A DNA stretch of 64,000 nucleotides from an uncultured virus (IMG/VR IMGVR_UViG_3300021254_000023) (IMGVR_UViG_3300021254_000023); one strand, 5' to 3'; positions 30,460-40,791 are shown, counted from the stretch's first letter. Program-made: numbers and translations. Notes: generated by a model not told the origin, from the sequence alone.

Positions 30460-30723
30460 TTAGCACACCGTTTTCTTTTCGAATGGATTTTCCAGAATCA
30501 TATAGGCTTGAGGGATATGGAGAACATCGTCTCCTTCCTCAGCATACATATCGGCGGCTTCACTAGTAGTAGTTTTAATAGCCATGGAGATCTCTGGAAC
30601 AATCGTTCCTCCTATAATTATATCCTGCTCAGCATGAAGAAGCATTGTACCTACTGGGATACTTTCCCAGTCTTTTTTATACTCATTCGGATTACTATAA
30701 TCACTTAGTCTTACCCATTCCAT
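30460..30723 (-). CDS. Hypothetical protein
   Basis: Short ORF; start uncertain. Confidence 0.55.
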   Translation of the reverse strand: MEWVRLSDYSNPNEYKKDWESIPVGTMLLHAEQDIIIGGTIVPEISMAIKTTTSEAADMYAEEGDDVLHIPQAYMILENPFEKKTVC

Positions 30724-30994
30724 ATTCCTTAAGTCTTTCTTTAAGTCGTTCAATTTTTCTAATCTTTTCCTTGTTAAAATCGGACTCTACATTAAATGCA
30801 ACGAGCATTTGTTCTAGCATTATACTAACATCTGCAAGTTCTGTTACAATATCAGGAATTTGAACTCTCCCTCGTCTGTACTTACAGATTGCATTAGCTA
30901 GTTCGCTCATCTCCTCTAGGAGCATAAACACTTGATCTTCAATGCCCCACTTAGTTAGGGCCTCTACATAAACTTTCTTATTCTCTTCTTTCAA
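30701..30994 (-). CDS. MazG-like nucleotide pyrophosphohydrolase
   Basis: EEMSEL...ELADV motif. Confidence 0.8.
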   Translation of the reverse strand: MKEENKKVYVEALTKWGIEDQVFMLLEEMSELANAICKYRRGRVQIPDIVTELADVSIMLEQMLVAFNVESDFNKEKIRKIERLKERLKEYGMGKTK

Positions 30995-30996
30995 TT

Positions 30997-31206
30997 TTAA
31001 TTAAGTTTATAAATTCTACCGCACTTAGGACATTGATATGTCGAGATACCAAATCCTTCTTCATCAACTTCTTGTGAGATTAAATCACAAACAGCTTTAC
31101 ATTCATCACATATGACAATGTCTCTACCATTGCCACTTGCGAGAACAGCAGCAAAAGCTAGGATTACTACTGCTCCGATTACTGCTAATACTAATGTAAT
31201 AATCAT
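30997..31206 (-). CDS. Membrane-anchored zinc-ribbon protein
   Basis: N-terminal TM, CDEC...CPKC. Confidence 0.6.
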   Translation of the reverse strand: MIITLVLAVIGAVVILAFAAVLASGNGRDIVICDECKAVCDLISQEVDEEGFGISTYQCPKCGRIYKLN

Positions 31207-31259
31207 AAGTTTTAAGTTTAATCATAAATAAGGACCTGGGACTTCCTTAATAGTGAAAT

Positions 31260-31808
31260 ATGAAAAAGATAATAGCAAAATTAATTTTAACAGTATTACG
31301 TTGGAAAATTATAGACAATGTTAAACCTACTAATCCAAGTGTAATTCTATTTGCACCACATACGTCATTTGCAGATGGATTCTTAGGAAAACTTTTCTTC
31401 TGGGCTTTAGGTATAAAACACAAGTTAATCATGACCGAAAAATACTTCTACTGGTGGTCAGCTCCTATTCTTAGACTCTTTGGATTTGTACCCGTTGGAA
31501 ATAAGAGTAGTAGAAATGCAATTATAGATGCAGCAAAATCGATCAGAGAAGATGGAAATTCAATTTTAATATGTCCAGAAGGTCACCTACGAGCAGTAGA
31601 AGATTGGAACCCCGGAGTATACCTGATAGCAAAGAAGGCTGAATGTCCTATAGTATTTGCTGTCCTAGATTATAAAAATAAAAAGGGTGGTCTACTTGAC
31701 GTCATGAAATATGAAGAACTAACTTGGGATGGAATAAAAGAAAAATCATGGGAATTATATTCCCCAATTCAAGCAAAACATCCAGAAAAATTTCTTCTCC
31801 CTAAATAA
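31260..31808 (+). CDS. PlsC-like acyltransferase
   Basis: APHTSFAD (HxxxxD) and CPEG motifs. Confidence 0.85.
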   Translation: MKKIIAKLILTVLRWKIIDNVKPTNPSVILFAPHTSFADGFLGKLFFWALGIKHKLIMTEKYFYWWSAPILRLFGFVPVGNKSSRNAIIDAAKSIREDGNSILICPEGHLRAVEDWNPGVYLIAKKAECPIVFAVLDYKNKKGGLLDVMKYEELTWDGIKEKSWELYSPIQAKHPEKFLLPK

Positions 31809-31818
31809 AAAGAGAACC

Positions 31819-32334
31819 TTATTGGCTCTCTTCTTTTTTACTCTCTTCAATCATCTTTAGGAATTGTTTTCTACCTTCCATTCCTTTCTGACCAAAAGAT
31901 CCTATATATTCTTCCCCGTTTTCCATGTTTATGGATTCAAATTTTTGTGAAATTCCTCTAAAACCGGGCCAGTCATCCCATAAGGCTACTGGATATATAG
32001 CTCTATGTTCTTCAGAGTACTTGTCGAGTTGGTCTAAGAGATTTTGTTGAATATCCCTAGGCTCCGTATCATATTCGCTCTGATATTCAGTATACATCTC
32101 TGACCAGAGTATTAACTCTTTGACAACCCCTAAGAAATCAGACCAAGCTTTATGAACAACATCTATTGGGTGTTGTTTAATGGGTTCTGGGTCTAAGTTC
32201 CACCCTTTATCTATTGTCCTAAATTTAATTGGTTCAACAGCTTTTAGGGCTTTCTTTAGGAGTTCTTCATATTCTCTACACCATTCCTCTTCATCGAACA
32301 GTTCACCATCCAGTGCCTGCCAAACCTGTTTCAT
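31819..32334 (-). CDS. Hypothetical protein
   Basis: N-terminal ALDGELFDEEEWCREYE phage motif. Confidence 0.7.
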   Translation of the reverse strand: MKQVWQALDGELFDEEEWCREYEELLKKALKAVEPIKFRTIDKGWNLDPEPIKQHPIDVVHKAWSDFLGVVKELILWSEMYTEYQSEYDTEPRDIQQNLLDQLDKYSEEHRAIYPVALWDDWPGFRGISQKFESINMENGEEYIGSFGQKGMEGRKQFLKMIEESKKEESQ

Positions 32335-32825
32335 ACAGCATCTTTTCTTTTATTATACTGATACTTAATGAATTGCCACCAAAGATATTTAATGTCTTCC
32401 TGTAACTCTCTGGCTACTTTAAGTTGATAGTTGTCAGGGCCGTAGTTTATTATAGTCTCCTTGTTCTCCTCAAATTTTGTTTTATCAAGTAAGCCTTCGC
32501 GGAGAAGAGACATACATGTTGTAAGATATTTTTTACCATTCCCTGTTACCATTAACTGTTCAATCCATTCCCATACCATTTGGGCTAGACCACTTGTTTT
32601 TACAGCTTTTACGTATCTAATCTCTAGGTATTCTTCTGGACATCCCCAAAGCTTAATTTTACTATAATATTGATTTTCACTCGGAGCTACACATTTCCTT
32701 GACCGTTGACCAACCGTTGAGCACCATTTAGTCCATAGTGCACAGTGGCGACACTTTTTCTTTGTATCTTTGGCTTCTAGTAATTCAGTATTCTCCGTTA
32801 AGTTTTCCAAGATGTTTGTTGACAT
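32331..32825 (-). CDS. Hypothetical protein
   Basis: 164-aa ORF. Confidence 0.6.
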   Translation of the reverse strand: MSTNILENLTENTELLEAKDTKKKCRHCALWTKWCSTVGQRSRKCVAPSENQYYSKIKLWGCPEEYLEIRYVKAVKTSGLAQMVWEWIEQLMVTGNGKKYLTTCMSLLREGLLDKTKFEENKETIINYGPDNYQLKVARELQEDIKYLWWQFIKYQYNKRKDAV

Positions 32826-32832
32826 TATTCCT

Positions 32833-33096
32833 TTATGCTTTTTTATGAATTGTTACTCGTCTGATCTTTAAATTAGCATCCCACTCACATTGTGGACACT
32901 CAAGTTTAATCGTACCTTCAATTACTTCAACATCTTGAAGCTGCTCTAATTTCTGGATCTGCTCATCGCTAAGATCTGAGTTTAGAGTAATGTGGATAGG
33001 ATGACCACAAGCTGGACAATGATCTTTATCCTGGTCGTCAAAAATACGCCCATCCTTAGTAGTTCCTTTAATTCGTAATAGATCTTTAATTTCCAT
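32833..33096 (-). CDS. Zinc-ribbon protein
   Basis: CPAC...CPQC. Confidence 0.65.
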   Translation of the reverse strand: MEIKDLLRIKGTTKDGRIFDDQDKDHCPACGHPIHITLNSDLSDEQIQKLEQLQDVEVIEGTIKLECPQCEWDANLKIRRVTIHKKA

Positions 33097-35008
33097 ATTC
33101 TTTTAATTGTTTAAACCATTCATATTGATTAGCATCACTTGGCATTCTCCAATCTCCTCTTGGACTTAATGAGATTGAACCGATCTTAGGTCCGTCTGGA
33201 AGACAACTCCTCTTGAACTGTTGACTAAAGAATCTATTGATGAATACCTGTAGCCATTGCTTAAGATCGGCCCTTGTATATTCTTTACTCCAGCCCTCCT
33301 TAGTATGTTCAGCTATGTACATAATCTTGGCAGGACCGTAACCATGACGAAGCATATTGTATAGGAAAAAGTCGTGAAGCTCATAGGGACCGATTTTATC
33401 TTCCGTTACCTGAGCATCTTTTCCATCTGCACCAGATCCAGTAAGTTCTGGACTAACTGGAGTATCTAGGATATCTTCAAGTGTATTATAAAGCTCTCTA
33501 TTAGATACCATGATCCAGCTGGCATACCATCCAATAAGCTTCTTAATAAGAGTCTTTGGAACGCTAGCGTTAACGCCATACATACTCATGTGATCGGCAT
33601 TATAAGTACACCAACCTAAGGCAAGTTCTGACAAATCACCAGTACCAATAACCAATCCTTTTTCTTGATTAGATAGGTTCATGAGAATTTGTGTTCTACT
33701 ACGTGCCTGTACATTTTCATATGTAACATCTTGTGTATCCAAGTCATGACCAAGAGCCCTAAGCTCGGCTGTAGCCATATCAACGATACTTACCTCTCTA
33801 GCATCTATTCCAAACGCCTTCATGAGAGTCCAAGAATTCTTCTTTGTTCTTTCACTGGTTGCAAATCCAGGCATGGTTACACCAATTATATCAGATACTG
33901 GATTTTTAAGCATCTTCATTGCCTCTACCGCTACAATTAAAGCCCAAGTAGAGTCTGAACCGCCTGAAATTCCAATAACCGGCTTCATGCCAGTATGATA
34001 CAACCTTTTAGCAAGGGCGGCAGACTGCATGATAAGTATGTCTTTACATCTTTCATCTAGTTCTTTACCCATTGGTACAAACGGCTTGGGATTCCACTTT
34101 CTTACTGTATCACCTTCCCCGAGGATAGCTCCAGGAATCTGACATTTTGTCACATCTTTTGGATTATGCTCGGAGCGGAACTGACGGAATGTCGTATTGA
34201 TAGCACGCTCATTTCTAATAGACTCTAGGTCAATGTCGTTTATTACAATCTGACCGCCAGTATTAACAATCAAGTTTCTATTATTTTGAGCCAAGAGCTT
34301 GCCATTCTCAAAGATTAATGCATTTCCTTGATAGGATAGGTCTTGGGTAGATTCTCCAAAACCAGAACTAGCATATACATAACCACAAATATGATCCGCA
34401 CTTCTTTGACGAAGCATGGACATTAGATATTGATGTTTTCCAATAAGTTCATTACTTGTTGAAAGGTTAAATATGACCTCAGCTCCAGCCTGTACTAGTG
34501 TTGTACATGGAGGACAGGGAGACCAAACATCTTCACAAATTTCTACTCCAAACCTTACACCATCCTCAGTTTCAAAAATTCGAGGAGGAAGATTATCACA
34601 ACTAAACCATCTAGGTTCATAAAACTCTTTATAGCCGGGAAGATTCCGTTTTCCAACGGCTTTGATTACCTCTCCTTTGTGGATAACTAGTGCTGTGTTG
34701 AAAATAGGCTCATTATTATCTGCTCGAGCTGGGGCGCCAATTATGATAACCTGTCTATGATTTTTGGTATAATCACAAATATCTGCAATACCTTTTTCAG
34801 CGGCCTCTAAAAGGCACTCTTGGAAAAATAGGTCTCCACACGAATAGCCAGTTACACAAAGCTCTGGAAAAACGATTACATCAACTCCCTGGTCTTCTGA
34901 CCTATCAAGGAGTTCTTTTATTTTACTAATATTGTAGGATACATTTCCTACGGTTACTTCTGGAATAGCTGCCGCTACTCTTAACAGTTTTGCTTGTTTT
35001 CTGTTCAT
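33086..35008 (-). CDS. nadE: Glutamine-dependent NAD+ synthetase
   Basis: Nitrilase domain (FPEL, EICED) plus GISGGSDST, ENVQAR, GTGDLSE, SQQFKRSCLPDGPK. Confidence 0.95.
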   Translation of the reverse strand: MNRKQAKLLRVAAAIPEVTVGNVSYNISKIKELLDRSEDQGVDVIVFPELCVTGYSCGDLFFQECLLEAAEKGIADICDYTKNHRQVIIIGAPARADNNEPIFNTALVIHKGEVIKAVGKRNLPGYKEFYEPRWFSCDNLPPRIFETEDGVRFGVEICEDVWSPCPPCTTLVQAGAEVIFNLSTSNELIGKHQYLMSMLRQRSADHICGYVYASSGFGESTQDLSYQGNALIFENGKLLAQNNRNLIVNTGGQIVINDIDLESIRNERAINTTFRQFRSEHNPKDVTKCQIPGAILGEGDTVRKWNPKPFVPMGKELDERCKDILIMQSAALAKRLYHTGMKPVIGISGGSDSTWALIVAVEAMKMLKNPVSDIIGVTMPGFATSERTKKNSWTLMKAFGIDAREVSIVDMATAELRALGHDLDTQDVTYENVQARSRTQILMNLSNQEKGLVIGTGDLSELALGWCTYNADHMSMYGVNASVPKTLIKKLIGWYASWIMVSNRELYNTLEDILDTPVSPELTGSGADGKDAQVTEDKIGPYELHDFFLYNMLRHGYGPAKIMYIAEHTKEGWSKEYTRADLKQWLQVFINRFFSQQFKRSCLPDGPKIGSISLSPRGDWRMPSDANQYEWFKQLKEYGN

Positions 35009-35059
35009 GTTCGTTTCGTTTAATGATAATCACCAATAAGGCTTACACCTTAATGATGT

Positions 35060-35446
35060 ATGAAAGAAAAATTAGTACTTTTATCAAAAAAATTTATACC
35101 ATCTTTCGATACACTAGATAAGCTAATTTCTAACCTTGGATGGAAAAGTAAAATCGTAGAAGACATCACTAAACGTATGGGAAGAGATGTTTTCGATGAA
35201 GAGATTTTAAAAACCATGCCCATCTACCTCTATCGTTATGGATGTGGAGAATGGGTAAATTCTTTATCTAGTCAAGCTTTTGATATTGGCGGGGCCGTAT
35301 TCAGAGTAGGTAACGTGCTGTTCACCTTGAATAGACTCTTTGGACCAAATAAAAAACCAATATACGACGTCATAGAGAATAATGAGAAATTAGCGATAGG
35401 TATAGAAGGAGATATTGTTAGAAAGAAAATAAAAAAGAGAGAATAA
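35060..35446 (+). CDS. Hypothetical protein
   Basis: ORF with promoter motif abutting ATG. Confidence 0.65.
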   Translation: MKEKLVLLSKKFIPSFDTLDKLISNLGWKSKIVEDITKRMGRDVFDEEILKTMPIYLYRYGCGEWVNSLSSQAFDIGGAVFRVGNVLFTLNRLFGPNKKPIYDVIENNEKLAIGIEGDIVRKKIKKRE

Positions 35447-35459
35447 CTCTCTTTCTTTT

Positions 35460-35792
35460 TTACCACGATTCAATAAAAGTATAGACGTAAGCCGGATTGC
35501 TGTTATCATCAGATCCGAAAATATCATCTACGTAATATGATTTCTTTGGAACATATCCGGAGTCCATTGGCTCAATTCTGTATCCAATTAGATGGTTTCC
35601 TCGAACTACTTCAACTAGACGAAATCCTTTTGGTAATCTAATTATTGCCCTTTGTCTAGCATCTTTTGTAGGCTCTGCTGTATAATCTTCCAGTGCTACA
35701 GTACTTTCCCTAACTTCTGTGTTACCGCTACAGCTCGCGCTAAGGACTAGCACTAGAACTAGACTACCAACTTTCAATAATTTCTTTAACAT
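35460..35792 (-). CDS. Lipoprotein (paralog A)
   Basis: SASC lipobox; EDYT..IRLPKGFR..MDSGYVPKKS..IESW shared with neighbour. Confidence 0.75.
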   Translation of the reverse strand: MLKKLLKVGSLVLVLVLSASCSGNTEVRESTVALEDYTAEPTKDARQRAIIRLPKGFRLVEVVRGNHLIGYRIEPMDSGYVPKKSYYVDDIFGSDDNSNPAYVYTFIESW

Positions 35793-36078
35793 ATGTATGC
35801 TCTGTATCATTGTACCTTTGATATATTATACTTTTCTTAGGGACATAACCGGAATCCATTTCTGTCATAGCAATAATGATGGCACTTCCACTTTCTTTGC
35901 TAAATCCAGAGAACCGGAATCCTTTAGGAAGACGTATAGTTTCTTTTTCACAGCTCCCCGGTGGCGTATTTCCAGTATAATCTTCTATTATTGTTTCAGT
36001 TTGTTTGGGTACGTCATTAGGTTCATAACACCCAACAAATAATGTTGCTATTAAAATTGCAAATACTGTTTTCTTCAT
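35764..36078 (-). CDS. Lipoprotein (paralog B)
   Basis: FVGC lipobox; same shared motifs as neighbour. Confidence 0.75.
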   Translation of the reverse strand: MKKTVFAILIATLFVGCYEPNDVPKQTETIIEDYTGNTPPGSCEKETIRLPKGFRFSGFSKESGSAIIIAMTEMDSGYVPKKSIIYQRYNDTEHTYVKEIIESW

Positions 36079-36128
36079 ATCATAAGTAAGGTATTCCTTA
36101 TTCATGATAAAACAAAAGGAAGAAGATT

Positions 36129-36767
36129 ATGAAATACATTAGTGCAAGTGGCTATCAAAGATTCATAGGATTATGTAGTAAAAAAGGCCACAAATTTAAA
36201 ACAAATCGTTTCGGAGTAACTTGGTGTGTCAGATGTGGAGCTATAGGTCCTTGGACTGTTGATGATCCAATTAAAGAAGAGGATCGTTTTATAGTAGTTC
36301 CAGATGAGGATCCTCGATTGAATATTATTCCTGGTCGAGTAGTTGGTGTAGATGTAGATGCAACTATATTTCAGGACGAATTCCCTCAATGCGGTGATCC
36401 TGTACCCGGAGCTCTCGAGGTTCTTAGGGAACTTCAGAAGTATCATCAAAAACTCCTTCTCCATACTATGCGAGAACATGCGCCATTCGGGAATTGTCCG
36501 GATGTCTTGCAGGTAGCTTTAGATAGATTAGAGGCAGAGGGAATTGAGATATATGCAATAAACGAGTTCCCGCGAGAAGATAATCCCTACTACCCAAGCA
36601 GGAAGACATATGCTGATGTATATATAGACGATCATAACGTGGGAATACCACTCATCGACTATGTCAACTCTAAAGGTGAACACTCTCCTTACGTAGATTG
36701 GAGAGCTATTGATAAGTGGTTTGTTGATAATAAATATTATCCGACTCATGTTTTGGAAACCAGATAA
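36129..36767 (+). CDS. HAD-superfamily (BT0820-like) protein with N-terminal Cys/His extension
   Basis: GVDVDAT, LHTMR, RKTYADVYIDD; paralog of 23387-23767. Confidence 0.8.
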   Translation: MKYISASGYQRFIGLCSKKGHKFKTNRFGVTWCVRCGAIGPWTVDDPIKEEDRFIVVPDEDPRLNIIPGRVVGVDVDATIFQDEFPQCGDPVPGALEVLRELQKYHQKLLLHTMREHAPFGNCPDVLQVALDRLEAEGIEIYAINEFPREDNPYYPSRKTYADVYIDDHNVGIPLIDYVNSKGEHSPYVDWRAIDKWFVDNKYYPTHVLETR

Positions 36768-37281
36768 TAACTACTTCTTATGGTTCTTATTACACAATGA
36801 CTTTTTAGGTGGATGGACATATTATTATCTTTTCCCGACCTACCTTTTACTCCCTGAGGATAAAAGTATTCTCGACATTCCTCATTTTCTGACTAAAGAA
36901 AACGTAGAACTTGTTAAGAGTTGGGGAAAAGGGACACAAGAAATACCGGTTTGGCTTGAAGCACACGGAATAACTACATTTGAAAAGAAAAGAAAAAAGT
37001 GGACACCGAAACTAGAAAATATTCTTAAGAATATAAATTATGAATATAGATGTTCCGTAGTAAGATCTAGACAATCTTTAAGTCCTGACTTATGTCTTAA
37101 AATAGTAAGTGAAGAAATAAATCTTTTACGAGGACACGGTGGAGACTATGTTATTAGTTGCGGTAAAATAAAAGCCCCAGATGATTGGAAGTATGTAGAG
37201 ATGGTAGAAGATCCAGAACATAATTGTAATGATTACTTACAATACCTATTAAGAGATGGAGAGAGATATAGAAAAGTTTAA
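36709..37281 (+). CDS. Hypothetical protein
   Basis: ORF in operon; start uncertain. Confidence 0.6.
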   Translation: MISGLLIINIIRLMFWKPDNNYFLWFLLHNDFLGGWTYYYLFPTYLLLPEDKSILDIPHFLTKENVELVKSWGKGTQEIPVWLEAHGITTFEKKRKKWTPKLENILKNINYEYRCSVVRSRQSLSPDLCLKIVSEEINLLRGHGGDYVISCGKIKAPDDWKYVEMVEDPEHNCNDYLQYLLRDGERYRKV

Positions 37282-37525
37282 ACTTAGGGTAACCTATGCA
37301 ATGTGGCGTGAATACGCCAAGAAGATAACAAACCTAACCAAAGATATAGAACAGAAGAAATTAGCCTCCAGTAATAAAGAAGGACTTGTACTTAAGGAAG
37401 CCAGAAAAGAGATTAGGCATCTCAAGGAAGTTCGTGCTCATTATGGGAGGAGAGCTAAAAAATATAAAAAGGATTTTAGATCCAAGAATAGGACCTATTC
37501 AATGAAAAAGAAAGGAGAGAATTAA
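37256..37525 (+). CDS. Basic hypothetical protein
   Basis: 89-aa Lys/Arg-rich ORF. Confidence 0.55.
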   Translation: MERDIEKFKLRVTYAMWREYAKKITNLTKDIEQKKLASSNKEGLVLKEARKEIRHLKEVRAHYGRRAKKYKKDFRSKNRTYSMKKKGEN

Positions 37526-37558
37526 CTCTCCCTTTTTTATTTCGGAACCTCATGGGTT

Positions 37559-38053
37559 TTACTTTATTATAAACTCTCCTTTTCCGTTTAGCCACTTATT
37601 GCGATAGTTTTTCTTGTAGCGAAGACATTTAATAACCTCTTTAAAATGACCTAATTCCTCTGTCGGAAACTTAACACGTATGCTTAGACTGGACCTAGTA
37701 AGCATCATCTTCACGTCATCACCAAGAGTATAATACTGTCTCATCTTGGCTGCCTTTTCATTCCTCCCAGAGCGAGTAGCAGTCAATCCAATGACATCAC
37801 CATCTAGTTCATTAATATCATCAAATCCGTGCCCAATCAAATAAGATGAGATCTCTTTCTGCGCCTCCTCAGATCTTACATGAATAGTAATTACACACAA
37901 GTTGGAATCCAAAGATAATTGAAATAGCCGTTTAAGATCCCTCTGATTGATGTCTTGATCATTTTGATAATGTAAGAATGGGTAAACCTCAATGAGGCCG
38001 AATTCTTGTTTTTCTCCGTTACTCGGATTGTCGATTTTTAATAAGTTCTCCAT
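37559..38053 (-). CDS. Hypothetical protein
   Basis: 164-aa ORF with promoter motif. Confidence 0.7.
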   Translation of the reverse strand: MENLLKIDNPSNGEKQEFGLIEVYPFLHYQNDQDINQRDLKRLFQLSLDSNLCVITIHVRSEEAQKEISSYLIGHGFDDINELDGDVIGLTATRSGRNEKAAKMRQYYTLGDDVKMMLTRSSLSIRVKFPTEELGHFKEVIKCLRYKKNYRNKWLNGKGEFIIK

Positions 38054-38146
38054 GTCTTTTTAAATAATTAATGTTTGTACATACATAAGAATTTCACAAA
38101 ACTCTTATTAATGTCATAGGACTAATTCCTTTGATTAATTAAAATT

Positions 38147-38620
38147 ATGATTAGTAACAAAATTGATGAATTAATTTCGGAAGCACGTAGTTCTGGAAAC
38201 AAGGAACTACTGAAGGTATTAACCTTGATTAAGGCGGAACTTCAGAAGACAAAAACCGCCAAGAATAGGAAAACTACTGGTGAACTAACAGAGGTGGAGG
38301 AAGCAAGAACCCTAATCGCTATGGTAGAACAGAGAAAAGGTTCTATCGACGAATACGTAAAAGGTAAGCGAGAAGATTTAGCAGAAGCTGAACAAAAAGA
38401 GATTGATATTATTCAGCCGTACATCCCAGAGTCTCCCACCGAAGAAGAGCTTAAAGAGTACATTGCTGGAGCGATAACTGCCTATAAGACGACAAAAGAG
38501 GATGGTTATGCATTAAGCATGAGGGATATGAAACCTCTGATTGAAATCGTTCAGGCTAAATATCCGACAGCTCCAGGTAAGCTAATCAGTAGTACGCTTC
38601 AGGGTATCTTAAGAGGATGA
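38147..38620 (+). CDS. GatB/YqeY domain protein
   Basis: LIKAEL, QRKGSIDEY..GKREDLAEAEQKEIDIIQPYIP, MRDMK. Confidence 0.85.
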   Translation: MISNKIDELISEARSSGNKELLKVLTLIKAELQKTKTAKNRKTTGELTEVEEARTLIAMVEQRKGSIDEYVKGKREDLAEAEQKEIDIIQPYIPESPTEEELKEYIAGAITAYKTTKEDGYALSMRDMKPLIEIVQAKYPTAPGKLISSTLQGILRG

Positions 38621-39159
38621 AACCGCTTATTGCTAATCAGTATTGCCCGGAGTTCCTAGAAAAGTGGGAATCTCTTCGAGGGTGGATTAATCAGGCTCGT
38701 TCCAAAACATGGCAAGGATTCTTCTTTGGCCTAGATTTAATCGGGACGGTTGTGTTTACCGTGATAAGTACGGTTGGTGTTTTTGGTGTCTTCGGAGAGC
38801 CTCTTAAGTGGTTTGGTATTCTTAACCTCCTTCGGGTGACGATAAGTCTGATAATGATTGGTATAGTATCAAGTCAGGTACTAGATCGAGGACGAATACC
38901 TCTCGCACAAGGACCAAGTAATGTCACACAAGTGCTATATTGGATTTTATATGCGTCGTCTCATGCCGCAATTATAATAATTGCTAATGGAGATTCGCAA
39001 ATGTCAATAGGAGCTAGGTGGCTTATCTTTGGACTATTCTGGTCTAAAATAATAAATCTGAATCATAAAAAAGATTTCGACCTACAGGATGCTTTTATAG
39101 GAGCGCCAAAATTCCTCTTAAAGGATATTCCTAAATGGATTAAAAACCGGGTTTCATAA
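38617..39159 (+). CDS. Membrane protein
   Basis: About four hydrophobic segments. Confidence 0.65.
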   Translation: MKPLIANQYCPEFLEKWESLRGWINQARSKTWQGFFFGLDLIGTVVFTVISTVGVFGVFGEPLKWFGILNLLRVTISLIMIGIVSSQVLDRGRIPLAQGPSNVTQVLYWILYASSHAAIIIIANGDSQMSIGARWLIFGLFWSKIINLNHKKDFDLQDAFIGAPKFLLKDIPKWIKNRVS

Positions 39160-39197
39160 AACTCGGCTTTTTATTTTTGAACCCCTTATTAACAGAT

Positions 39198-39545
39198 ATG
39201 AATGAAATAAAACTACATGAACTAGTAGCAAATGTATTTAAAGATTATCCATACAGCGCATGTTTGTATATAGGAAAATATAGGTTTAAAACAGAAGGGG
39301 ATACTGTTCCTGAAGTAGATGTATGTTTCCCGTGGGAAGCAACTGATATAGAAGATATACCTTTTTCTGTTTATAGTAGAGGACCAATTATCACGACTAA
39401 GCCAAAAGAGAGTATAGATAAATTACTTATGTTCTTCTTGGATGATAGTCCAACGAATTATTTTACGATGGTCCACAGAGAAGCCGGTAAAGATTATTAT
39501 ATGTACATAAATAGACATTCAGATATATACATAACAAAAGGATGA
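39198..39545 (+). CDS. Hypothetical protein
   Basis: ORF with promoter motif upstream. Confidence 0.65.
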   Translation: MNEIKLHELVANVFKDYPYSACLYIGKYRFKTEGDTVPEVDVCFPWEATDIEDIPFSVYSRGPIITTKPKESIDKLLMFFLDDSPTNYFTMVHREAGKDYYMYINRHSDIYITKG

Positions 39546-40111
39546 TTAAAGTAAAAAGTATCACTGACGTTATTACTAATTCAAGTACGGAGGTATTTGT
39601 TTTGAAATTAACAAGCAAAGAAGCAGAGTGGCTCGAGAATGTAAGAATAACTTCCGCAAGAAAAGCTTTGAAAGCCAATAAGGAAAACAAACAATGGCTT
39701 AGACGTTTAAATGAGGAAGATAGGAAGGACTATACTTCATTAGATTTTCTAATGGATGAAGTAAGTGATTGTACAGTCATTCTAGCGCCATGTTTTACTA
39801 GAGAGGGCCTCTTGTGGGGATTATCCAGTAAAGAGGATAAGAAAAATCTTTGGGTTAATAGTGACTGGGAATATATCAGAAAAATTATAGGCGGTAAAGC
39901 CATCGAAGAGACAGACGAGGATCCACACTTTAGGCCATTTAATAAGTGGCTAGCAGACAATATTGATTGGATCTCTGAAAAGATGAAAGATGTCTGGTTA
40001 ATGGAGGTTAATAACTATGATGAAAAGATTTATGAAAAGTTAGACCTCTATGCTCACATAGATAACATACCGCACGATAAAAAAGTTCTATTTTATGAAT
40101 GTAGGCATTAA
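39542..40111 (+). CDS. TNSS-motif protein A
   Basis: N-terminal KSITDVITNSSTEVF; C-terminal YECRH. Confidence 0.8.
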   Translation: MIKVKSITDVITNSSTEVFVLKLTSKEAEWLENVRITSARKALKANKENKQWLRRLNEEDRKDYTSLDFLMDEVSDCTVILAPCFTREGLLWGLSSKEDKKNLWVNSDWEYIRKIIGGKAIEETDEDPHFRPFNKWLADNIDWISEKMKDVWLMEVNNYDEKIYEKLDLYAHIDNIPHDKKVLFYECRH

Positions 40112-40514
40112 AAGCATTACCGACGTCATAACCAACTCTAGTACAGAAGTATTCGTAGTTAGAAAGAAAGGTAAACAAGTAGCTGAAAATGGTTACTTTT
40201 CTGGAATAAATACGCCACAGTCTGTTAACTGGGAACCCAAGGAGATAACTTGGAAGTGGTTAAGATCAAATCAGGGGAAGTCTGAATGGATGATGATATG
40301 TGACCTAGTCGATAAGCCATATACTGAGCTATCAACTTCCGGAGAGGAGCCCAGTTGGGGTAGATGGAATGATTGGATTACTATTCACAAACATAGAATT
40401 CAGGACAGAGCTATTGGGTTATGGTTCTTAACTATTCGAGACGGATTCGGTGGATTCCTAGATATGGTGAAGGATATAAAAGATTACATTGTCTGGCATG
40501 AATGTAGGCATTAA
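40095..40514 (+). CDS. TNSS-motif protein B
   Basis: N-terminal KSITDVITNSSTEVF; C-terminal HECRH. Confidence 0.8.
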   Translation: MNVGIKSITDVITNSSTEVFVVRKKGKQVAENGYFSGINTPQSVNWEPKEITWKWLRSNQGKSEWMMICDLVDKPYTELSTSGEEPSWGRWNDWITIHKHRIQDRAIGLWFLTIRDGFGGFLDMVKDIKDYIVWHECRH

Positions 40515-40791
40515 GAGTAAGACAGATATCATAACCAATTCTAGTACGGAGGTTTATGAAATTGTTGTTAATGGTTCCCCGAAAAGAATTGAAGGAATAC
40601 TTCAGGGGATCTTAGATACTCTTGATTGGGTTGGACATGATATAGCTACAATGACGGTCAAAGAGAATATTATAACTTTGACTGGTTGTGAGGACAATTC
40701 TATCCCACTTCCCTTGATAGACTTATTAGAGAAAGGAAAGTTTAAAGAGTGGTTTAGTGAAATTAGTGAAATTAAAAATAAAAGAATATGA
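40498..40791 (+). CDS. TNSS-motif protein C
   Basis: N-terminal KSKTDIITNSSTEVY; EDNSIP motif; ATG at 40498. Confidence 0.8.
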   Translation: MNVGIKSKTDIITNSSTEVYEIVVNGSPKRIEGILQGILDTLDWVGHDIATMTVKENIITLTGCEDNSIPLPLIDLLEKGKFKEWFSEISEIKNKRI

